Shown here piece by piece: positions 28,800 through 38,639 of a stretch of 64,000 nt of DNA. Under the pieces are notes generated by a model. The model saw nothing but the letters and a program-made list of their open reading frames with translations. It made no database searches and was not told the origin of the DNA. The position numbers and the translations under genes were made by a program. The DNA lies in assembly GCA_022071945.1 (NCBI GenBank), contig JAJVIN010000017.1:31251-95250 (forward strand). The letters run 5' to 3'. The stretch is from Thermoanaerobaculia bacterium (GTDB taxonomy: Bacteria; Acidobacteriota; Thermoanaerobaculia; UBA5066). The first letter of the stretch is position 1. Each line of letters begins with the position of its first letter.

Positions 28800-30044
28800 A
28801 TGAAGCGCTCGCTCACATCGATCCTTGGACTTGCCGCGGCCCTCGTGTTCCCGGCTTCTGCGGCCCTTGCCCAGGCGCCGGCTGCTCCGGCGGCCAAGGA
28901 AGTCATCGTCTGGCACGCCTATCGTGCCGAAGAGAAGACGGCCTTCGAGAAAGTCGTCGCCGAGTACAACAAGGCGGCCGCCGGAAAGGGCATCAAGGTC
29001 ACGACCCTCGCCGTTCCCTATGACGCCTTCGCCGACAAGATCTCCGCGGCCGTTCCCCGCGGCAAGGGCCCGGACATCTTCATCTACGCCCAGGACCGCC
29101 TCGGCGGCTGGATCGCGGCCGGCAACACGGTCGAGCCCATCGACTTCTACCTCGACAAGGCCACGAAGGACCGCTACATCCCGACGACTCTGGAAGCGAT
29201 GACCTACAGAAAGCAGATCTTCGGGCTGCCGCTGAACTACAAGGTCATCACCCTCATCTACAACAAGAAGCTCGTCACGGCTCCCCCGAAGACCTCCAAG
29301 GAGCTCGTCAAGCTGGCCAAATCGCTCACCAACAAGTCGGCCGGCCGCTTCGGCCTGGCTTACGCCTACTCCGACTTCTACTACCACGCCTGCCTGATGA
29401 ACGGCTTCGGCGGCGGCGTCTTCGATGCGGAGTTCAAGCCCACCCTGAACCGGAAGGAGAACGTCAAGTCCCTCGATCTGCTCCTAAAGTGGATCGACAA
29501 GGAAGAGATCCTCCCGGCCGAGCCCTCGAGCGCCCTGATCACGTCGCTCTTCAACGAAGGGAAGGCCGCGATGGTCTTCTCCGGCCCCTGGTTCCTGGGC
29601 GAGATCGCCAAGGGCGTCGATTACGGTCTGGCGATGCTCCCCACGCTCAACGAGGCGGATGACAAGCCGATGCGTCCCTGGATGACGGTCGAGGGCGTCT
29701 ACGTCGCCGCCCCGTCGAAGAACAAGGAAGCGGCCTTCGACTTCGTGAAGTACGTGACCGACAAGCCGGCCGGCGTCATCATGGCCCTCGAGGGGCGCCA
29801 GACCCCTGCCAACAAGTTCGTCTACGAGGATTCCAAGGTGGGCGCAGACAGCATCTTGAAGGCCTTCCGCCAGCAGGTCGACGTGGCGATCCCGATGCCC
29901 AACCTGCCCGAGATGACGATGGTCTGGTCCCCGGCGACCACCGCGATGAACTCGATCGTCAAGAAGTCCGCAAAGCCCAAGGCTGCGATGGCCCAAGCTC
30001 AGCAGTCCGTCGAGAAGGACATCGCGGGCCTGAGGAAGAAGTAA
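28800..30044 (+). CDS. Extracellular solute-binding protein, maltose/maltodextrin-binding (MalE-like)
   Basis: Signal peptide, followed by a periplasmic binding-protein family 1 fold. Confidence 0.85.
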   Translation: MKRSLTSILGLAAALVFPASAALAQAPAAPAAKEVIVWHAYRAEEKTAFEKVVAEYNKAAAGKGIKVTTLAVPYDAFADKISAAVPRGKGPDIFIYAQDRLGGWIAAGNTVEPIDFYLDKATKDRYIPTTLEAMTYRKQIFGLPLNYKVITLIYNKKLVTAPPKTSKELVKLAKSLTNKSAGRFGLAYAYSDFYYHACLMNGFGGGVFDAEFKPTLNRKENVKSLDLLLKWIDKEEILPAEPSSALITSLFNEGKAAMVFSGPWFLGEIAKGVDYGLAMLPTLNEADDKPMRPWMTVEGVYVAAPSKNKEAAFDFVKYVTDKPAGVIMALEGRQTPANKFVYEDSKVGADSILKAFRQQVDVAIPMPNLPEMTMVWSPATTAMNSIVKKSAKPKAAMAQAQQSVEKDIAGLRKK

Positions 30045-30045
30045 C

Positions 30046-32007
30046 GTGGAAAGCGGCTCCCCGTCACACCGGCTGCGCTTCGGTATCGGAATCGGGGCGG
30101 GGGCGGCCGTCGCGATCCTCCTGGGTCACTTCCTGCTCGGCGGGGCCCTTTCGAACCTCGCCGAGCAGCGTGAGACCCGCCAGGGCATCGTGACCCTGCG
30201 CGCGCTCTCAGATCTCGTCTCCCGCACGGCGGATGGAGACGGTCTCCGCAAGGCGGTGACCGAGTTCCAGAAGGCCTACCCCGAGCTCAAGTCCATCCGG
30301 GTCGTCCTCCTGGAGGGCGCCTCGCTGGAGGCGTCCACCGACCCCGCGGACACGGGCGAGTGGGCGGCGCCCCGCCAGCTCTCGCGGGACGAGAAGAAGA
30401 ACGAGAAGCCCGTCTTCGACCTGATGCAGAAGATCCGCGGAACGGTCGAGGCTAACCGCGAGGAAAAGACGGCCAAGGAAGAGCTCGAGATCGGCCGCCT
30501 GGCGGACGGGAGTGGATTCAGCCTTGCTGGTCCGCTGGAAAAGAACGGCGAGGTCACCGGTCTCGTCGAGATCAAGCGCTCCTCGGCCGCCGCCGCCACT
30601 CGTCCCGGCTGGATCACGACGCTCCTCTACATCGCCGTTCCCATCCTGCTCCTGGTCGGACTCTCCTTCGGTGTCGGCAACAAGCAGATTCCGCTCGCCA
30701 TCTGTGCCGCCGTCCTTCTGATCGGGACCATCTGGGGCTACGGCGTCCAGTCGCGGTCCAAGATCAACCGCGAGGGCCTCGCCGCCTCCGACGCGGTCGC
30801 CTCGACGGCGAAGACGGGCGGGGAGCGGGTGCAATCCATCCTCCAGGGGCTCGGCATTCAGGCCGAACCCGCGCTGAATCCAGCGAGCTGGGACTCGGAC
30901 CTCGCGCGCCGTCCTCGCGCCGTCCTCACACCGGACCTCAAGGTCGACCCGGCAAAGGCCATGAGCGCCTTCGCCGGAGTCGGGACGGCCGTGACCCGCG
31001 CCACGATCCTCCTCATCATCCTCGGTGTCGCAATCGCCCTCTTCTTCGGAATGGGGTGGGCCGAGCTCTTCGCGAGAACGCTCAGAGTCCACAGGACCGC
31101 CTACTACTACGTCACGCCGGCGATGGTCGGCATGATCATCCTGGTCTTTTTCCCGTTTGCCTACGGCATCACCCTCTCCTTCACCGACTACAACATTTAC
31201 ACCACGGGCAAGCCCCTCACCGAGATCTTCAACGGCTTCCAGAACTACGTCGAGATCCTGACGGACTTCCAGATCGCGAAGCGCTCGGCCGACGGGTCGT
31301 GGGCGTTCAACTACTACAATTTCTACTGGACGTTCTTCTTCACGATCGTCTGGACCATCTCGAACGTGACGATCGGGGTGACCCTCGGGTTGATCCTGGC
31401 TCTCGTCTTGAACACGAAGACCCTGGCTCTCAAGCCGATCTACCGTGTTCTCCTCGTCTTGCCATGGGCCGTTCCGAACTACATCACGGCCCTCGTGTGG
31501 CGCGGCATGTTCCACCAGCAGTACGGTGTCGTGAACCAGGCGATCCAGATGTTCGGGGGCTCTCCGGTCTCGTGGTCGGACACTCCGTTCACGTCGTTCC
31601 TGACGGCGCTGGCCACGAACGGGTGGCTCAGCTTCCCGTTCATGATGGTCGTCTCGCTCGGAGCGTTGCAGTCGATCCCGGCTGACCTCTACGAGGCCGC
31701 CCGCGTGGACGGCGCGACCCGCTGGCAGCAGTTCACGTCGATCACCCTTCCCTCCCTCAAACCCGCGCTGGTCCCGGCCATCATTCTCTCGGTGGTGTGG
31801 ACATTCAACATGTTCAACATCATCTATCTCGTCACCGCCGGACAGCCCGCGGGTTCGACCGAGATCCTGATCACCCAGGCGTACAAATTCGCGTTCGAGA
31901 AGTACCGCTACGGCTACGCCGCCGCGTACTCGACCGTCATCTTCGGCATCCTCTTGGTCTATGGTGTCTTCCAGAACCGGATCACGAAGGCATCGGAAGG
32001 AATCTGA
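30046..32007 (+). CDS. ABC transporter permease (MalF-like) with a roughly 330-aa N-terminal extension
   Basis: GTG start 1 nt after the malE-like stop. C-terminal half has the MalF-type EAA loop region (ALVWRGMFHQ..., DLYEAARVDGATRWQQF). Confidence 0.85.
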   Translation: MESGSPSHRLRFGIGIGAGAAVAILLGHFLLGGALSNLAEQRETRQGIVTLRALSDLVSRTADGDGLRKAVTEFQKAYPELKSIRVVLLEGASLEASTDPADTGEWAAPRQLSRDEKKNEKPVFDLMQKIRGTVEANREEKTAKEELEIGRLADGSGFSLAGPLEKNGEVTGLVEIKRSSAAAATRPGWITTLLYIAVPILLLVGLSFGVGNKQIPLAICAAVLLIGTIWGYGVQSRSKINREGLAASDAVASTAKTGGERVQSILQGLGIQAEPALNPASWDSDLARRPRAVLTPDLKVDPAKAMSAFAGVGTAVTRATILLIILGVAIALFFGMGWAELFARTLRVHRTAYYYVTPAMVGMIILVFFPFAYGITLSFTDYNIYTTGKPLTEIFNGFQNYVEILTDFQIAKRSADGSWAFNYYNFYWTFFFTIVWTISNVTIGVTLGLILALVLNTKTLALKPIYRVLLVLPWAVPNYITALVWRGMFHQQYGVVNQAIQMFGGSPVSWSDTPFTSFLTALATNGWLSFPFMMVVSLGALQSIPADLYEAARVDGATRWQQFTSITLPSLKPALVPAIILSVVWTFNMFNIIYLVTAGQPAGSTEILITQAYKFAFEKYRYGYAAAYSTVIFGILLVYGVFQNRITKASEGI

Positions 32008-32021
32008 GCTCGGGGCGTGTG

Positions 32022-33125
32022 ATGAAAGACAAAGCCGGACACGACGAACTCCCCCATCTTCCCCTGCACATCTTCCTGATCATCTTCGTTCTGATCGCCA
32101 CCTACCCGATCCTCTGGGTCGTCACGATTGCCCTGTCTGGGAAACAGAGCCTAGCTCTGGCCACCCTGCCCGACCGGATCGCGGTCACAGAGGAGAGGCT
32201 CGTCCAGAACATCCCCGGGCTGAATGACGAAGAAGCCACGGCCATCGTGGAGGCCCTCGAAAACGCCAAGTGGATCGACGAGAGGGGAATCCTGACCCTC
32301 AAGCCGGAACGCGACAAGGTCGCGCCCCTCCTGCCGGCAGAGCTTTCGAAGTACGCGGAGCCGCTCCACAAGGACCTGATGGTCTGCCTGGCCGAGCCGT
32401 CCACCCTGGACCGGCTCCGGGCCATCACCCCCTGGCCCGAGACGTTCTCCCTCGAGAACTTCCGGGCCGTCTTCAGGGATCAGCCATTTGGCCGCTGGAT
32501 CATCAACAGCGCGGTGATCGCGACGGCCACGACGATCCTCGGTGTCTTTCTCGCGTGTACCGCCGGCTACGCGTTCTCGCGTTTCAGCTTTCCCGGCCGC
32601 CGCGCGGGCCTGATGTCGTTCCTCGTCTCCCAGATGTTTCCCGGAACCCTGATGCTGGTTCCGCTGTACATCATCGTGGTGCAGTGGCTCCAGCTGGGGA
32701 GTTCCCGGATAGGCCTGACCCTCATCTACGCCACCACATCGATCCCCTTCTGCGTCTGGATGCTGAAAGGGTACTTCGACACGATCCCGAAGGAGCTCGA
32801 GGAGGCCGCCCTGATCGACGGGGCCTCCCCCGGTGTGATTTTCTGGCGAATCGTGCTCCCCCTGGCCAAGCCAGCGGTGGCGGTGACGGCCCTCTTCTCG
32901 TTCATGACGGGCTGGAACGAGTTCATCCAGGCGGCCACGTTCATGGACAAGGAAGAGCTCTACACGGCGCCGGTGGGCCTCCGATTCTTCGTCGGCGGCT
33001 TCAGCCAGCAGTGGGGCTACTTCTCTGCCGGCGCCATCATCGTGTCGATCCCGATCGTCATCCTGTTCCTGTTCTTGCAGAAATATCTCGTATCCGGTCT
33101 TACTGCCGGAAGTGTCAAGGGTTGA
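32022..33125 (+). CDS. ABC transporter permease (MalG-like) with an enlarged periplasmic loop
   Basis: EAALIDGASPGVIFWRIVLP EAA motif and 6 TM segments. Start is the ATG at 32022. Confidence 0.85.
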   Translation: MKDKAGHDELPHLPLHIFLIIFVLIATYPILWVVTIALSGKQSLALATLPDRIAVTEERLVQNIPGLNDEEATAIVEALENAKWIDERGILTLKPERDKVAPLLPAELSKYAEPLHKDLMVCLAEPSTLDRLRAITPWPETFSLENFRAVFRDQPFGRWIINSAVIATATTILGVFLACTAGYAFSRFSFPGRRAGLMSFLVSQMFPGTLMLVPLYIIVVQWLQLGSSRIGLTLIYATTSIPFCVWMLKGYFDTIPKELEEAALIDGASPGVIFWRIVLPLAKPAVAVTALFSFMTGWNEFIQAATFMDKEELYTAPVGLRFFVGGFSQQWGYFSAGAIIVSIPIVILFLFLQKYLVSGLTAGSVKG

Positions 33126-33158
33126 CCCTTGCCCAAATTCAACTGGAGGTACGTTTCG

Positions 33159-33968
33159 ATGAAGAAGCTCCTGCGTCTATCCATTCTCGGCCTCGCGGCC
33201 GCCGTCCTGGCGGGCCCGGTTCTCGCCCAGGAGGTCAGTTTCAAGGACCCATCCGGGGATGACTTTGGTCCGGGCGCGTACACCTACCCGACCGACAAGG
33301 TTTACAAGAACGGTTCGTTCGACCTTGCCGGCTTCTCCATGAAGGTGAAGGGAGACAAGGCCGATTTCCAGGTGACCCTCAACAGCTCCCTCGAGGACCC
33401 CTGGGGCATGGGCAATGGTTTCGCCGTCCAGATGGTGTTCATCTTCATCCAGACCGACGTCAAGGAAGGCCGCTTCACCAAGACCCTCCCGGGCCTCAAC
33501 GTCCAGTTCGGGCCGGAGGACGGCTGGAACAAATGCGTTATCCTCTCCCCCCAGCCGCAGAACCGTGTCATGAGCGAAGTCGAGAGCAAGGCCTCCTGGG
33601 CAAAGAACGCGGTCGTGGTTCCGGTCCGGACCCGTGGCGCCGGCCGCGCCATCTCCGGGTCGGTTGACCTTTCCGCCCTCGGCGCGGGCGACCCGACCAA
33701 GTGGGGCTACCAGGTCATCGTGCAATCCAACGAGGGCTTCCCGGATGCCGGCGACGTCCTGACCCGGAAGGTCAACGAGTTCGAGGGCCAGCACCGCTTC
33801 GGCGGCGGCACCGATACCGACTGCGACCCGCACGCGATCGACCTCGTCGCGGGCAAGGGAACCGGCGACAAGAGTGAAATCGAAGAGCAGAAGAAGATGC
33901 TCGCCTACGAGTGCAACCCGGATGGCTCTGCCAAGAAGCTGGCGACCATCACCATGATCCGCAAGTGA
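33159..33968 (+). CDS. Secreted glucodextranase-like C-terminal domain protein
   Basis: Signal peptide MKKLLRLSILGLAAAVLAGPVLA. DPSGDDFGPGAYTYPTD matches the motif of the glucodextranase-like domain found in amylopullulanases. Confidence 0.55.
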   Translation: MKKLLRLSILGLAAAVLAGPVLAQEVSFKDPSGDDFGPGAYTYPTDKVYKNGSFDLAGFSMKVKGDKADFQVTLNSSLEDPWGMGNGFAVQMVFIFIQTDVKEGRFTKTLPGLNVQFGPEDGWNKCVILSPQPQNRVMSEVESKASWAKNAVVVPVRTRGAGRAISGSVDLSALGAGDPTKWGYQVIVQSNEGFPDAGDVLTRKVNEFEGQHRFGGGTDTDCDPHAIDLVAGKGTGDKSEIEEQKKMLAYECNPDGSAKKLATITMIRK

Positions 33969-34006
33969 AGCGGACGAACGACAACCTGACTCACTGGAGG
34001 AGTTGT

Positions 34007-36202
34007 ATGCGCTTTTCGAGAAAGCTAGCTCTCCTGGCGGCGGCTGCGGTCTTTTCGACCTCGGCGTTCGCGCAGCAGGGCCCCAAACTGACCATCGGTG
34101 GAACCACCTATACCAAGTGGCTCTGGGGCAACGCCCGCGACCAGGGCGCCCTCTTCAACTTCAAGGATGCGCCGGGCGAGGGCTGGGGCGACAACGGTCA
34201 GGGGACCGAGATCGAGCTCCTGCTCAAGGCCAAGGTCTCCCGGGCCGTCCAAGTGGACGCTCGCCTTCACAGCCGGTTCTACCAGAACTTCTGGACGAAC
34301 ATGGGCGGCTGGGGCAACCCCTCTGGCGGGAACGACTGCGCCTCTTCGGGGACGTCGGTCGGCTGTGGTGAGTTCGACCCGCGCTCGAACCAGTACGTCA
34401 AGCTCCGTGGCGTCACCGTCACCCTGACCCCCGGCTACAAGTGGATCGACTCCGCCACGATCGGTTCCTCCGACTGGGGCATGTTCGACCCGTTCGTCGT
34501 GGGCCGCATCCGCTACATCGACCGTGACAACGTCGCGGGTCTCCTCTTCCAGGGCTCCGCGATGGGCCGGAAGATGACCTGGGACGTCGCCCGCATCTCT
34601 CTGCCGCGCCTGTTCGCCGGCCCCTCCTACAACACCGGGAACTTCCACGCCGCCGACGGCGCCTACGTCTTCCAGTCGAAGATCGCGCCGAACTCGATGT
34701 TCGACATGACCGCCCTCATGGAGTGGGTGAACGACCTCGAGGTCAATGCCAAGGACATCAACTGGGACAACGGCAAGGAAACCCGGATGCGGTTCCGCCA
34801 GACCGTCTTCGGCGGCAAGCTCGGCTTCCACCCGAGCGCCAAGGTCGACGTCCGCGCCGCTGGCTACTACTCGACCTACGAGTCCGCCAACGACCTGGCC
34901 CCCGCGGACTTCTTCGGCGTCTCCGGCTTCTCTCCGGTCCCCGCTGGCAAGCACAAGGACTGGAGCGGAAAGCTCAACCTCGACTTCATCGATCCGTTCG
35001 ACGTCGGCCTGACGTTCAACATCGAAGCGTTCCACATCGGCGCCGAGTACGCGTCAGTGATGGCTGCCCGCCGTGAGTCCGACGTCCTCCTCACCGAGGG
35101 CCACGACGGCACATGGTCGGCCCCTGGCCCGACGAACGCCTCCTACGGCGTGTTCGGTGGCAACCCGACGATCATCGGCTACGGCGGCTGGTCCGGAAAC
35201 GCCCAGCAGGTCGCGACGATCAACGTCGACAACCAGTTCACCGACTTCAACGAGCCCATGGCCGAGAGCGCCATCGGTTGGGAAGGCATCACCTTCCAGC
35301 CGGTGTTCCAGAAGGGCGCCCTGGACATGGCCGCCGAGTACAGCTACATCTCCTACGACACGAACTGGCAGGCCTGGGGCAACCCGAACCGGGCGATCCT
35401 CTCCTCCCTGTATCCGAACATGGAGTCCGACGCCGGTCTCGGCCACTACCGCAATGCCTACGCGCCGTTCCAGGACAAGACCACCCAGATCGCTCTCGTC
35501 CGCGGCAAGTACGTCCTGCCGGTCGGCAAGGGCATCGACCTGTTCGGCAAGATCAAGTTCATCGACGAGACCGACAAGCGCATGAACGAGGCCCGCTACC
35601 TCCCCTACAAGGCGGGTGACTGCGCGACTTCCGGGACCCTGGGCTGCAAGGGCGAGAAGAACTTCTACTCCCCCGGCAACTCCACCGCCGATCTCTACGG
35701 CAACCCCGAAGTCATCACGGTCAACGGCGTGACCGGCTACAAGTGGAAGCCGTTCAACAGCCTCTCCGACGACGACCGCGACATGAGCTACTTCATGTTC
35801 AACCTCGGCGGCGGATACCAGTTCACGAACGACTTCTACTCCTCGCTCGAGTACGTCCGCTACAACGTCGACCTCAAGGACGGAAACACCGCGTTCCAGG
35901 CCTACAACCTGCACGAGATGGCTTCCGGCTACCACAAGAAGAACCAGATCATCTGGAAGATCCGTTACACGCTCGGCGGCATCTCCGAGTGCGGCATGGA
36001 GTACCAGTACAACTTCGGCTCTTTCGAGCCCGACTTCGGCGGCGGCTTCGTTCCGCAGCGCGCCTCGGCCGACGTGGCCAACAGCAATCACGTCGAGCCC
36101 GGCTCGCTTGGCTTCCAGAACCGCTTCGGCGGCTGGAACAGCCTCGAGACCAGGGACTTCAGCCACCAGCGCCTCAAGGCGTACATGAAGATCCTCTTCT
36201 AA
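34007..36202 (+). CDS. Outer-membrane beta-barrel protein, candidate maltodextrin porin of the locus
   Basis: RBS GGAGG lies 6 nt upstream. Signal peptide MRFSRKLALLAAAAVFSTSAFA. Aromatic and Gly-rich amphipathic strands throughout. C-terminal ...YMKILF with a terminal Phe, typical of BAM-dependent barrels. Confidence 0.6.
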   Translation: MRFSRKLALLAAAAVFSTSAFAQQGPKLTIGGTTYTKWLWGNARDQGALFNFKDAPGEGWGDNGQGTEIELLLKAKVSRAVQVDARLHSRFYQNFWTNMGGWGNPSGGNDCASSGTSVGCGEFDPRSNQYVKLRGVTVTLTPGYKWIDSATIGSSDWGMFDPFVVGRIRYIDRDNVAGLLFQGSAMGRKMTWDVARISLPRLFAGPSYNTGNFHAADGAYVFQSKIAPNSMFDMTALMEWVNDLEVNAKDINWDNGKETRMRFRQTVFGGKLGFHPSAKVDVRAAGYYSTYESANDLAPADFFGVSGFSPVPAGKHKDWSGKLNLDFIDPFDVGLTFNIEAFHIGAEYASVMAARRESDVLLTEGHDGTWSAPGPTNASYGVFGGNPTIIGYGGWSGNAQQVATINVDNQFTDFNEPMAESAIGWEGITFQPVFQKGALDMAAEYSYISYDTNWQAWGNPNRAILSSLYPNMESDAGLGHYRNAYAPFQDKTTQIALVRGKYVLPVGKGIDLFGKIKFIDETDKRMNEARYLPYKAGDCATSGTLGCKGEKNFYSPGNSTADLYGNPEVITVNGVTGYKWKPFNSLSDDDRDMSYFMFNLGGGYQFTNDFYSSLEYVRYNVDLKDGNTAFQAYNLHEMASGYHKKNQIIWKIRYTLGGISECGMEYQYNFGSFEPDFGGGFVPQRASADVANSNHVEPGSLGFQNRFGGWNSLETRDFSHQRLKAYMKILF

Positions 36203-36224
36203 AGCTCGACCTTCCGAGTTTTTG

Positions 36225-36259
36225 CGCCCGGCGGCCTCGCCCGCCGGGCGTTTTTCTTG
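36225..36259 (+). terminator. Rho-independent terminator: CGCCCGGCGG-ccucgc-CCGCCGGGCG followed by TTTTTCTTG
   Basis: Perfect 10-bp GC stem plus T-tract, immediately after the outer-membrane protein gene stop. Confidence 0.75.
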
Positions 36260-36282
36260 CCGCCCCCCTTGACGAATCAACC

Positions 36283-37035
36283 GTGACTCTCCATACTTCT
36301 CTTGTGGTCAGACCTCTTACCAGTGAGCCGCACACCCTCCCGGTTCCTCTTCGTCCCGCGGAACACGCGGAATCCGTCCTCATCTCGGCCATCCTGGACG
36401 GAACTCACCCCGCCGGCTCGGACCTTCCCGCCGAGAGGGTTCTCGCCACGTCGATCGGAGTGACCCGCCCCACCCTGCGCGAGGCGCTCAAGAAGCTCGA
36501 ACGTGACGGGTGGATCAGCATCCAGCACGGCAAACCGACCCGGGTCGCCGACGTGTTCGAGGAGGGAGGCCTCAACATCCTGGGAAGCCTGGTGAGGCAT
36601 CCGGGGGCTCTCCCGCCCGGGTTCGTGGAGAAGCTGCTGGAGGTCCGGCTCGCGATGGCGCCCGCCTACACGGCCCTCGCCGTCGCGCGGGCCCCACGGG
36701 ATCTCGCCTCGTTCCTGGGCGGCGCGCCGTCGCTCACGGACGAGCCGGAGGCGTTCGCCGCCTTCGACTGGCGCCTTCACCTCCGATTGACGAAGCTCTC
36801 GGGCAACTTCGTCTTCCGTCTGATCCTGAACGGCTTCCAGGGTTTCTACGAGGAGCTGGCCCGGCTCTACTTCGCACCTGAGGCGGCACGAATGGAATCT
36901 CGCAACTACTACGAGGAACTCTCGGCCACGTGCCTCGCGGCAGCCCCGCAGGCGGCAGAACAGCTCACGAGGCGGGTCATGGCCCGCAGTCTCGACCTCT
37001 GGAAGTCGAGTGGCGGAAGAGAGGTGAGAGCATGA
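36283..37035 (+). CDS. GntR-family transcriptional regulator, FadR/FCD subfamily
   Basis: wHTH: RVLATSIGVTRPTLREALKKLERDGWISIQHGKPTRV. Followed by an all-alpha FCD-like domain. Start is uncertain; I used the GTG at 36283. Confidence 0.75.
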   Translation: MTLHTSLVVRPLTSEPHTLPVPLRPAEHAESVLISAILDGTHPAGSDLPAERVLATSIGVTRPTLREALKKLERDGWISIQHGKPTRVADVFEEGGLNILGSLVRHPGALPPGFVEKLLEVRLAMAPAYTALAVARAPRDLASFLGGAPSLTDEPEAFAAFDWRLHLRLTKLSGNFVFRLILNGFQGFYEELARLYFAPEAARMESRNYYEELSATCLAAAPQAAEQLTRRVMARSLDLWKSSGGREVRA

Positions 37036-38639
37036 AACGCTGGAACGGGTGGGGAGACGACTCCGTCAACGCCAACGTCCCCGCAGCCGCACTGCGGCTT
37101 CTGGAATCGATCGTCGGGGCCCCGGCCACGCCGAGGGACGCCTCACGCGAGAAGGTTCTCGCTTCCGTTCCCCCTTCCAGGCTTTCGGGGGAGACAGGGA
37201 TCGACACCCGCCCGGAGGCCCGGCTGGCGCACGCGTGCGGCCAGAGCCTGCCCGACTGGATGGCCCTGCGGACGGGAACCGTGGGCGTCTTTCCGGACGG
37301 GGTTGCGTTCCCCGAGAGCCGCGAAGACGTTCGAGCCCTCATCGGCACGGCCCGGAATCGGGGGTGGCGGCTGATCCCCTACGGCGGCGGGACGAGCGTG
37401 GCCGGCCACATCACTCCGGAGCCCTCCGACGCGCCCGTCGTCACCGTGGACGTATCTCGAATGAACGCTCTCTTGGAACTCGATGCCGAGAGCCAGCTCG
37501 CGCGGTTCGGCGCCGGAGTGGCCGGGCCCGACCTCGAGGCCGCCCTCAGGGCGCGCGGATTCACCCTCGGGCACTTCCCGCAGTCCTTCGAGTACTCGAC
37601 CCTCGGAGGCTGGATCGCGACTCGCTCGAGCGGCCAGCAGTCCCTCTTCTACGGCCGGATCGAGCGGCTCTTCGCATCCGGACATGTCGAGACTCCGACA
37701 GGGAGCCTGTCGATCTCCGCGGTGCCCGCTTCCGCCGCCGGGCCGGATCTGCGCGAGATCGTCCTCGGTTCCGAGGGGCGGATCGGCATCATCACCGACG
37801 CGACGGTTCGAGTGAGCCGGATGCCGGAAGAAGAGGACTTCCACGGCATCTTCTTTCCGTCCTTCGACGCCGCACTCTCCGCGCTCCGCGAACTCCTCCA
37901 GGGGAGGCTGCCGCTCTCGATGCTGCGGCTGTCGACGCCCGAAGAGACACGCACAACCCTCCTCCTCGCGGGGCATGCGAGGCTGATACGCGCACTCGAG
38001 GGGATCCTTGCCTTGCGTGGAGCGGGAACGGGAAAGTGCATGCTGCTCGCGGGGCTGACGGGCCAGGAGCGCGTCGTCGCGGCGGCGAGGAAGGAACTCC
38101 TCTCCGTCTGCCGCCGCCACGGAGCGATCCACGTTGGCAAGAGCTTCGGGCACGCCTTCAAGAAGAACCGGTTCCGGGCGCCCTACCTCCGTAATGACCT
38201 CTGGGAGAAGGGCTACGCGGTCGACACGCTCGAGACGGCGGTCCGATGGTCGCGGCTCCCGGGCCTCATCTCCGGTGTCGAATCCGCCATCAGGGGAGCC
38301 CTCGCCGCAGACGGGGAAGCCGTCCACGTCTTCACGCACCTCTCGCATCCGTACCAGGACGGCTCGAGCATCTACACGACGTACCTGTACCGGCTCTCGG
38401 GCGATCCCGCGCGAGACCTCGAGAGGTGGCGGCGCATGAAGCGCGCGGCCAGCCTGGCCATCGTCGAGCACGGGGGAACGATCTCGCACCAGCACGGCGT
38501 GGGAATCGACCACGCCCCCTACCTCGCAGCCGAGAAGGGAGGCCGCGGCATGGAATTCCTGGCATCGGCCCTGTCTCATTTCGACCCTCAGGGACTCATG
38601 AACCCGGGAAAGCTGATCCGGGCGGAGGCTCGCTCGTGA
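37032..38639 (+). CDS. FAD-linked oxidase (PCMH-type FAD-binding), alkyldihydroxyacetone-phosphate synthase (AGPS)-like
   Basis: Start overlaps the regulator stop (ATGA). N-terminal MKRWNGWGDDS carries the WNGWG motif I associate with AGPS. FAD-binding PYGGGTSVAGH. C-terminal HQHGVGIDHAPY. Confidence 0.8.
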   Translation: MKRWNGWGDDSVNANVPAAALRLLESIVGAPATPRDASREKVLASVPPSRLSGETGIDTRPEARLAHACGQSLPDWMALRTGTVGVFPDGVAFPESREDVRALIGTARNRGWRLIPYGGGTSVAGHITPEPSDAPVVTVDVSRMNALLELDAESQLARFGAGVAGPDLEAALRARGFTLGHFPQSFEYSTLGGWIATRSSGQQSLFYGRIERLFASGHVETPTGSLSISAVPASAAGPDLREIVLGSEGRIGIITDATVRVSRMPEEEDFHGIFFPSFDAALSALRELLQGRLPLSMLRLSTPEETRTTLLLAGHARLIRALEGILALRGAGTGKCMLLAGLTGQERVVAAARKELLSVCRRHGAIHVGKSFGHAFKKNRFRAPYLRNDLWEKGYAVDTLETAVRWSRLPGLISGVESAIRGALAADGEAVHVFTHLSHPYQDGSSIYTTYLYRLSGDPARDLERWRRMKRAASLAIVEHGGTISHQHGVGIDHAPYLAAEKGGRGMEFLASALSHFDPQGLMNPGKLIRAEARS

